A stretch of 64,000 nucleotides of DNA, taken from contig OZ252048.1 in the NCBI GenBank assembly GCA_965247915.1, forward strand, positions 2,859,740 to 2,923,739. Reading direction: 5' to 3'. The position numbers were made by a program, and so were the translations under genes. Positions 57,307-64,000 of the stretch are shown piece after piece. The first letter of the stretch is position 1. Each line of letters starts with the position of its first letter. The notes beneath the pieces are model-generated. The model was not told the origin of the DNA. It was given only the letters and a program-made list of their open reading frames with translations, and made no database searches. This stretch comes from Paracoccaceae bacterium (GTDB lineage Bacteria > Pseudomonadota > Alphaproteobacteria > Rhodobacterales > Rhodobacteraceae).

Positions 57307-58803
57307 TTATTTCGGCAGCAAGTAATCAGGAACGTTCTGGAAACAAACGGGCCGTAGGAAACGTCTGATTGCCATTGTTCCAACTGATGTCGCGCCGAAA
57401 TTTGTCGATGCGGGATAGGGTCCTCCATGCACCATACTGTCGCATACTTCAACACCGGTCGGAAAACTGTTTGCCAAAATACGTCCCGCCTTGCGCTCGA
57501 GCACTGACATCAGTTTCCTGGAGATATCCTGGTCGGCATCGTCCATGTGAATCGTGCAGGTCAGCTGCCCTTCTAGTGACCTGGCCAGATCCAGCATTTG
57601 CGCCGAATCTCTTGCGATCACAATTAAGCCAAGCGGGCCAAAAACTTCCTCGCCAAGAACACTGTTTTCCAGCCATTCGTCGCCGCTAGTCTGAAACAGT
57701 TGCGGCATTGCCTGCCTTTGACCACATGGTGCCGTCAAAAGCGGGCCTACATTGGCGGCCTTAGCAATTCTATCTCGTCCGGCGCAGTAGGACCTGGCGA
57801 TCCCATCGGTCAGCATTGTCTGTGTCGGAATATTTCTTAACGCTTTGACAGAAGCGCTGGCAAATCTGTCCGCGTACGGACCTTCGACAACGATCGCGAT
57901 TCCGGGCTTTGTGCAGAATTGACCTGCACCCATGCTAAGCGATACTGCCCACCCGGAGGCGATGTCATCGCCGCGTGAAGCCACGGCCGACGGAAGCAGG
58001 AACATCGGATTGACAGAACCAAGCTCACCAAAAAATGGGATAGGGTCCGGGCGAGCGGCGCAGAGGTCGAACAGAGCCCGACCGCCGGACAAAGAACCCG
58101 TGAACCCGACTGCACAGATCAGAGGATGCCGGACCACCGCCTGGCCAACCGCCCGGTTTCCCCCCTGGATCTGACTGAACACGCCGGGATGCAGCCCGTT
58201 GGCACTGATAGCGGCATCAATTGCCTGTGACACGATATCGGCGGTGCCGGGATGCGCGGAATGACCCTTTGCTACAACGGGACACCCCGCTGCCAGTGCA
58301 GCCGCAGTGTCACCCCCGGCTGTCGAAAAAGCCAGCGGGAAGTTGGAGGCGCCAAAGACGGCAACCGGTCCGATCGGCCGCTTGATCAGCTTCAGATCCG
58401 GCCGGGGTAACGGCAGCCGGTCGGGCAATGCCGGGTCATGCCGATAATCGAGGTGCTCACCATTCTCGATGTGATCTGTGAACAGGTTCAGCTGTCCTAT
58501 GGTGCGGTTCAGTTCACCGTCCAGACGCGCCTCGGGCAAACCGGTTTCCCTACAGCCCATTTGAACAATATCGGCGCGCCGGATATCCAGTTCCGCAGAA
58601 ATTGTCCGCAGGAACGCTGCCCGCTCCCCGGCGGTGCTACGACCGTAGCTTTCAAACGCGGCATCGGCGGCCCTGGCCGCCTGATCGACAAGCTCCGCTG
58701 TGCCAACCGGGAATTCGTCAGCAGCACCGGTAACGGGTTCATTTGAGAACTTGTCCTGAGAGGCAATCCATTCGCCAGCAATAAGGTGTTTTCCGGTCAG
58801 CAT
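57307..58803 (-). CDS. NAD(P)-dependent aldehyde dehydrogenase, probably 2,5-dioxovalerate (alpha-ketoglutarate semialdehyde) dehydrogenase
   Basis: 498-aa ALDH-family ORF (FGASNFPLAFS, ELGSVNP, GAGQFCT). The function is inferred from the neighbouring uronate-pathway genes. Confidence 0.65.
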   Translation of the reverse strand: MLTGKHLIAGEWIASQDKFSNEPVTGAADEFPVGTAELVDQAARAADAAFESYGRSTAGERAAFLRTISAELDIRRADIVQMGCRETGLPEARLDGELNRTIGQLNLFTDHIENGEHLDYRHDPALPDRLPLPRPDLKLIKRPIGPVAVFGASNFPLAFSTAGGDTAAALAAGCPVVAKGHSAHPGTADIVSQAIDAAISANGLHPGVFSQIQGGNRAVGQAVVRHPLICAVGFTGSLSGGRALFDLCAARPDPIPFFGELGSVNPMFLLPSAVASRGDDIASGWAVSLSMGAGQFCTKPGIAIVVEGPYADRFASASVKALRNIPTQTMLTDGIARSYCAGRDRIAKAANVGPLLTAPCGQRQAMPQLFQTSGDEWLENSVLGEEVFGPLGLIVIARDSAQMLDLARSLEGQLTCTIHMDDADQDISRKLMSVLERKAGRILANSFPTGVEVCDSMVHGGPYPASTNFGATSVGTMAIRRFLRPVCFQNVPDYLLPK

Positions 58804-59014
58804 GAGATAATCCTTTGTCTGTAGAGCTTTAGAGATCTCGGGAAGCCGGTTTTTCCGGCAATTGCATCACGTCGGACACATCTGGTGCATTCTGCCTCAC
58901 AAAAATTATCGCGGAAGCGCACAAGAGCGGCATCAACCGAAGGAGAGTACAATCGCACCAAAAACCAGATGCTCTGCCCGATCTCGACGAGGCCCCGCTT
59001 CATTTCGGTCATTG

Positions 59015-60499
59015 TCACCGGTCGAGCAGCCAGTTGTCCTCGGTATTCAGTTTCCATCGGAACTGGTCTGCCGGACTGCTCCTGGCCGCCCATTCACGCA
59101 GAAGCAGTTTTCGTAATTTTCGCGCTTCCATGGTTGTGGCGATAGATTTTGGGCGCCAACCAGCCAGAAGTTTGCTCGTTAGCGATGCAAGAACGGCTGA
59201 ATATTTGGCATCCTGGACAAGATTGTTAACTTCCTGCGGGTCGTCATCGAGATTGAAGAGCTGCATCGGATAGCCCTCGAAATAAACGGCTTTCCAGGGA
59301 CCTGAGCGGATCATCCGCTGTTGTTCCGCGTCTGACATTCCCTCGATCAGGCCATCGGTGCAATATTCCGAATAGGTCTCATCGATCCACGGCGCATTCC
59401 TGTCTTTGAGAATTCCGGACAGGCTTCGGCCGTCAATTGCCGGGAGTTCCGGCGCGCCGGTTAGGTCGAGGAAGGTTGGCGTCAGATCGACAAGGTTGAT
59501 GACTTGCGAGCGCCTTTCCCCGGCCGGAATGACCCCGGGCCAGGACATCACCACCGGAACACGGACCGAATGTTCATAAAATGAATGCTTCCACCACAGC
59601 CCACGCTCACCGATTTGATCGCCGTGATCCGAGCAATAGATTACGAGAGTATTGTCCAAAAGTCCGTGGTCTCGGAACGCATCAAGCATAGAGCCGATCA
59701 TGCGGTCCATAGTTTCGGTTAGGGCATAGTAGGCCGCGCGCGCGCGCCGGACCTCATCCGCGCCGACCGAGGTGATATCCATCGCTGCCTTCCAAACGCG
59801 ATGGTATGGGTGTTCCTGCTCTTGCTCCCGGGCTGGGATCTGCGGATCCGGTACTCGTTCATAGTAGTATTTGAACAGCTCCTGATCCGCTACGTAAGGC
59901 TGATGCGGCAACATTAAGCCGACGTGCACGAAGAGCGGCTCATCTGCGCCTGCCTCTTGTTCATCTGCCAACCTGGCAGCCAAACGCACTGTTTCTTCAA
60001 CGACATCGAGATCATGCAACTCGTAGGCAGATTGTCCGGCACCCGCCAACTCAACACTTTGACGGCCCGGTCCGGTTGTGCCGATTAATTGTCCCATAGA
60101 AATGCGAGGGGACCCTTCGTGGTTCGGGCTGTGATCACCGACAAACCGTTCGGAAAAACCTCGGAGTTGGTCTGGCCCCAGGGAGTGCATTCGACCCACA
60201 ACAATTGGTTTCAGGCCAGCGGCGGCAAGCGCGTGCGCATAAGTTGGGCGGTCCGAGGCAAGAACATCGGTATTGGTCCAGCAGTCTTGCCGGTGCGGAA
60301 AACATCCGGTCAGGAGCGACATCCGGGCAGGAACACAGACGGGCGCGGCCGTATACGCGGCATCGAATACGATGCCTTCAGCGGCTAGACGATCCAGTTC
60401 GGGGGTGCGTACAACTTTGTCGCCATAACACCCGGTCACAAACGGCGTGTGCTGGTCTGACAGGATATAGAGGATATTGGGGCGCTGGGTCCTGGACAT
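59015..60499 (-). CDS. Formylglycine-dependent sulfatase
   Basis: 494-aa ORF with N-terminal NILYILSDQH and the C-x-P-x-R signature CVPARMSLLTG. Confidence 0.8.
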   Translation of the reverse strand: MSRTQRPNILYILSDQHTPFVTGCYGDKVVRTPELDRLAAEGIVFDAAYTAAPVCVPARMSLLTGCFPHRQDCWTNTDVLASDRPTYAHALAAAGLKPIVVGRMHSLGPDQLRGFSERFVGDHSPNHEGSPRISMGQLIGTTGPGRQSVELAGAGQSAYELHDLDVVEETVRLAARLADEQEAGADEPLFVHVGLMLPHQPYVADQELFKYYYERVPDPQIPAREQEQEHPYHRVWKAAMDITSVGADEVRRARAAYYALTETMDRMIGSMLDAFRDHGLLDNTLVIYCSDHGDQIGERGLWWKHSFYEHSVRVPVVMSWPGVIPAGERRSQVINLVDLTPTFLDLTGAPELPAIDGRSLSGILKDRNAPWIDETYSEYCTDGLIEGMSDAEQQRMIRSGPWKAVYFEGYPMQLFNLDDDPQEVNNLVQDAKYSAVLASLTSKLLAGWRPKSIATTMEARKLRKLLLREWAARSSPADQFRWKLNTEDNWLLDR

Positions 60500-60506
60500 C
60501 AGATCA

Positions 60507-61484
60507 TTAACTCACCGGTTCGGGTTGTGTTACGCGCTCGATAAGATCGCTCAGCATCTCTCGCTCCTGTCCGGTCAGATCCATAAGAGGCGGTCGGACC
60601 GGCCCTGTTTCGAAACCGCGCAGCGAGACTCCTGCCTTGATGGCCGAAACCGCATAGCCCTCTTTCCGATCACGAATCCTAGCAAACGGATAGTAGAACT
60701 CGCGTAAAAGATGATCACAGGACGTGTCGTCACTGGCCTGGAAGGCAGCAAAGAACCTGAGCGCGATATCCGGAACGAAGTTAAAGACAGCGGATGAATA
60801 GGTATCGACTCCGGCACCCCGATAAGCCTGAGCGAAAAGTTCGTGGGTTGGCATACCACCGACGTAAGCCAACCGATCCCCAAGGCCAATTGTGATCTTC
60901 TTGACGGTATCAACATCTCCGGTCCCGTCTTTGAAACCGATGAGGTTCGGGCAATCGTCTGCGATCCGGGCCAGGGTATCCACCTTTACCACACATTGAC
61001 CTCGATTGTAGACGATCACACCCATTCGTGTGGCGGAGCAGACGGCTCTAATATGCTCTTCTATCCCGTCCTGTGGCGCGTCGATCAGATAGTGTGGCAG
61101 AAGCAGAATTCCATCGGCCCCTGCCGCCTCGATTTCCCGTGCCATCTGCACTGCAAGGCGTGCTCCATATCCGCAACCCGCGATCACGGGACTTCGCGGT
61201 TGCACAGCGCGGGCCGTCCTGACCACGTTAACCACTTCGCTGGGGGTTAAGGAAAACAACTCTCCGGTTCCGCCGGCCACGATCAGACCTGCTATATCGT
61301 AGTTCGACAGCCACTCCAGGTGTCTGCGGTAGGCGGCAGTGTTGAATTCGCCGTCCATACCAAATGGTGTGATTGGAAAGGATAATAGCCCTGCACGCAG
61401 TATGTCCCGCAAAGAGGTTGGATCAATCATGGCGTTGCCTTCCTTAGTAATTCGCATCCATGCGCTTTTCTTGAACAATGTCAT
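60507..61484 (-). CDS. kdgD: 5-dehydro-4-deoxyglucarate dehydratase (DapA/NAL family)
   Basis: Motifs seen are LLSFPITPF, VAGGTGE, GFKDG and MPTHE. The likely start is MIDPTS (about 61430) rather than the ORF-track start. Confidence 0.7.
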   Translation of the reverse strand: MTLFKKSAWMRITKEGNAMIDPTSLRDILRAGLLSFPITPFGMDGEFNTAAYRRHLEWLSNYDIAGLIVAGGTGELFSLTPSEVVNVVRTARAVQPRSPVIAGCGYGARLAVQMAREIEAAGADGILLLPHYLIDAPQDGIEEHIRAVCSATRMGVIVYNRGQCVVKVDTLARIADDCPNLIGFKDGTGDVDTVKKITIGLGDRLAYVGGMPTHELFAQAYRGAGVDTYSSAVFNFVPDIALRFFAAFQASDDTSCDHLLREFYYPFARIRDRKEGYAVSAIKAGVSLRGFETGPVRPPLMDLTGQEREMLSDLIERVTQPEPVS

Positions 61485-61505
61485 TCCTGTGTGCTGTCGG
61501 CGGCA

Positions 61506-62306
61506 TCAAAGCTTGATTTCCTCTTCGCAGCACGCTCCGCCTTGAAAAACGGTGCCCACGCCTTGCCCCTCGGATGAACGGGAAACGTCGTCATGATGGT
61601 CCTGCGCATTATCCTTAGGAATCCACCCAACGTGAGCGGATAGTCGGTTGTCCCACCAGGACCGGTCGTTGTTCGACGCGCCATAGATAACCGGACAACC
61701 AAGGTGAGGAACTTTGAACACACGCTCAATCAGGCGAATAAGATCGTCATGCGACAGCCAGGTTGACAACATGCGTTCATTGCTCGGTCTGGGAAAGCAC
61801 GAGCCGATCCGAACGCAGGCGGTCTCGATTCCAAACCTGTCAAAATAGAGCCGCGCTACTCCCTCGCCGAATATCTTGGAAACACCATATAACCCGTCAG
61901 GTCGGACTGGCACGGACGCATCAAGCCGATCGGTCTGTTTATAAAAACCGGTGGCGTGGTTGGAGCTGGCAAAGAATATGCGCCGCACACCGTGAGACCG
62001 ACAGGCTTCATAAAGGTTGAGCGTTCCATTGATATTAGCGTTCTGAATGATCTCCCAGGGGCCTTCGGTGGACTTTCCGCCCATGTGGATAACGCCATCG
62101 CAATCTTTGACCAGATCATGCACGGCGGCCGGGGTTCCGAGGTCACACGGCACAAGCTCTTCATCGTCCGCCGCACTGCCCAGATCGGCTATGTCGGAAA
62201 GGCGCAGGACATCGGCCATATGAGTCAGGCGCGCCCGGCAGACCTTTCCCAGCTTGCCCGAGGCACCTGTGATTAACAGTCTATTCATATTCCAATCCTC
62301 ACCCAA
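61506..62306 (-). CDS. udh: Uronate dehydrogenase (NAD-dependent SDR/epimerase fold)
   Basis: LLITGASGKLG, then YGVSK and CVRIGS, resemble Udh. The likely start is MNRLL at 62288. Confidence 0.65.
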   Translation of the reverse strand: MGEDWNMNRLLITGASGKLGKVCRARLTHMADVLRLSDIADLGSAADDEELVPCDLGTPAAVHDLVKDCDGVIHMGGKSTEGPWEIIQNANINGTLNLYEACRSHGVRRIFFASSNHATGFYKQTDRLDASVPVRPDGLYGVSKIFGEGVARLYFDRFGIETACVRIGSCFPRPSNERMLSTWLSHDDLIRLIERVFKVPHLGCPVIYGASNNDRSWWDNRLSAHVGWIPKDNAQDHHDDVSRSSEGQGVGTVFQGGACCEEEIKL

Positions 62307-62327
62307 ATCCAGGCAACCAGCATGGCT

Positions 62328-63197
62328 TCAACCGGCAAACCTAGCTTGCGGAACGCCGCACGCGCCGAGGCCCGTTATCGCGAGAAGCGCACCGGCAAGT
62401 GGTTGGTCGCTTGCGGGATCGAGGTTCTCACTTATGCTGGTGACATAGAGAACGTCCAGATTCTGCCCGCCGAACATCGGCTTCGTTGGCTTTTCGATCG
62501 GCAGATCGATCGTTTGATCGACCGCCCCGGCCGGCGTAATCCGGTATAGCTGCCAGCCGGAAACGCCCGCTTGCCAGTAGCATCCGTCAGCATCCACCGT
62601 ACCGCCATCCGGACGACCCGCGACCTGGCTCGTATCAAAGAAAACGTGCGGCTCTGAGGGGGTTCCGGTCACGATGTCGTAGTCGCAGGCCCAGATTGTG
62701 CGAACATCAGGATTACTATCTGAGAAATACATGGTCGTACCGTCAGGAGAAAATGCCAGACCGTTTGTCGTGAATACCGCATCAAAATGCCGCGAGATCG
62801 CGCCATCCAGATCGTAGCGGTAGAAACGACCTGTCCGCTCGGGCGGTCGGCCGTCCTTCATGGTGCCGGCCCAAAATCTCCCCGCAGGGTCGGTAGTGCC
62901 ATCGTTAAACCGGTTCCCGAGTATGTCGGCTTCGGGATCGGCCAACGCATTCCTTTTGCCGGTCTCGGGATCATAGAAGTAGAAGCCGGTTTTTGCCGCT
63001 ACGATCAGTCCCAGGTCGCATCGGGCAACTGCGCCAACCGGCTCTCCGAAGTCGAAACTCGCGGTTTCACCGCTTTCCAGCGTCCTGTGAATTAGGCCTG
63101 CCGTGATATCGACCCACCACAGTGCTTGGTCGACGACATCCCAGACGGCGCCTTCACCAACGCGCGCGGGCTTCTTGTCGACAACCTCCAACCTCAA
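62328..63197 (-). CDS. SMP-30/gluconolactonase/LRE-family lactonase
   Basis: 289-aa ORF with GEGAVWD, NRFNDGTTDPAGRFWAGTM and TNGLAFSPDG. Confidence 0.75.
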   Translation of the reverse strand: MRLEVVDKKPARVGEGAVWDVVDQALWWVDITAGLIHRTLESGETASFDFGEPVGAVARCDLGLIVAAKTGFYFYDPETGKRNALADPEADILGNRFNDGTTDPAGRFWAGTMKDGRPPERTGRFYRYDLDGAISRHFDAVFTTNGLAFSPDGTTMYFSDSNPDVRTIWACDYDIVTGTPSEPHVFFDTSQVAGRPDGGTVDADGCYWQAGVSGWQLYRITPAGAVDQTIDLPIEKPTKPMFGGQNLDVLYVTSISENLDPASDQPLAGALLAITGLGACGVPQARFAG

Positions 63198-63997
63198 GAC
63201 TCCGCTCCCTTAAAAACCCGACGCTCCGAGTTTAGGACGTGCTCGGTCATCGCATCTCGTGCAGCGGCGCGATTACCTTCCTCAATCGCACTGAGGATTC
63301 GAGAATGCTCGTCAAAGATGCTCCGCTTACCCTTTCCATAGGCGGTATTTGCTAGGCTCCGCACGAATTTCCCGATGAAAAACCAGTGCGGTCGCAACAG
63401 CGACAGACTCTCAACAAGAAAGCGGTTGTCAGACAAATCCGCGATCAACATGTGAAATTCAAAATCAACATCCACGCTTGAAGTACCTTCATCCAGCCGA
63501 TCGCCAAGCAATTCAACACTGCGCCGCAGCTGTAAAAACGGCGCACCATCAGACCGTGCCGCCGCGCGCTCGGCAGTCTCCGCTTCGATCAGTTTGCGGT
63601 ACTCAAAATACCGGCCAATATCGTCGATGCTGCTAAGCGGGCCGAATGTCGAATCAGATTGTTCCGCGCCGCTGACGTATGATCCGGCACCATGTCGCGA
63701 AACAACGAGCCCGTCATTTCTAAGTTTTGCTAGGGCGGCGCGTATGACCGGCCTGGATACGCCAAGCTCCGACGCGAGCTGGTTCTCGCTGGGCAGTCGC
63801 TCGCCAAGCCCGTAACGCCCAAGGCGAATTTCGTTCAGAAGGCTTGAATAAATACGGTCTTCCAGTCGGCCCCCATTGGATTGCGTCCTGAAATTCTGCT
63901 TCGGATTATGTGCGCCCGTCGAGTCCATGTGAACGACCATATAGCACTGACCGGTATTTACAACATTCGTAAATTTGTTTGACATATCGTAATTCAA
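63194..63997 (-). CDS. GntR/FadR-family transcriptional regulator
   Basis: It has a winged HTH (LPSENQLASELGVSRPVIRAALAKLRNDGLV) followed by an FCD-type C-terminal domain. The true start is probably internal to the ORF-track start. Confidence 0.75.
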   Translation of the reverse strand: MNYDMSNKFTNVVNTGQCYMVVHMDSTGAHNPKQNFRTQSNGGRLEDRIYSSLLNEIRLGRYGLGERLPSENQLASELGVSRPVIRAALAKLRNDGLVVSRHGAGSYVSGAEQSDSTFGPLSSIDDIGRYFEYRKLIEAETAERAAARSDGAPFLQLRRSVELLGDRLDEGTSSVDVDFEFHMLIADLSDNRFLVESLSLLRPHWFFIGKFVRSLANTAYGKGKRSIFDEHSRILSAIEEGNRAAARDAMTEHVLNSERRVFKGAES

Positions 63998-64000
63998 ATG

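Noticed and set aside
1-64000. Search for tRNA, rRNA, tmRNA, integrase/att sites, reverse transcriptase (retron/DGR) and cas genes
   Set aside because: I saw nothing convincing by eye on either strand. A tRNAscan/Infernal run would be needed to exclude small RNAs formally.

Overview
This is an IS-saturated accessory region, probably from an alphaproteobacterial plasmid- or chromid-like replicon; that taxonomic and replicon guess is low confidence. All calls come from reading the sequence and the ORF track by eye; no searches were run.

**Layout**
1. 0-3.6 kb: IS21 and IS1595 genes, plus a decapitated sugar ABC transporter.
2. 3.6-24.6 kb: a visibly GC-rich block with three paralogous type Va autotransporters.
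   - AT1 is frameshifted at a G6 tract.
   - AT2 (2616 aa) carries 17 near-identical 345-bp Calx-beta-like repeats.
   - AT3 (2642 aa) carries about 18 FN3 modules.
   - An orphan barrel remnant lies nearby.
3. 25-36 kb: IS903-group, IS21 and IS407-group elements surround a 1740-aa ORF that fuses a DEDDh exonuclease, a RecQ helicase and a UvrD-type helicase. This is my best candidate for undescribed biology.
4. 36-37.7 kb: a DMT transporter and an IS-truncated amidohydrolase.
5. 40-49.9 kb: a plasmid/ICE-like backbone.
   - HEAT-repeat protein, HigBA-like TA pair, ParA and a small partner.
   - Nested IS256/IS630/IS481/IS3 debris.
   - RecD2-like helicase, SprT-like protein, excisionase-type HTH.
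6. 49.8-57.2 kb: a decayed defence island.
   - A 5' gene stub and a trypsin-like protease fragment.
   - MqsRA with twin palindromic operators.
   - An IS256-truncated Swt1-HEPN-like gene.
   - A PglZ plus small-protein BREX remnant, and an IS6.
7. 57.3-64 kb: an ordinary oxidative uronate catabolism cluster with a sulfatase and a GntR regulator.

I saw no rRNA, tRNA or CRISPR array.
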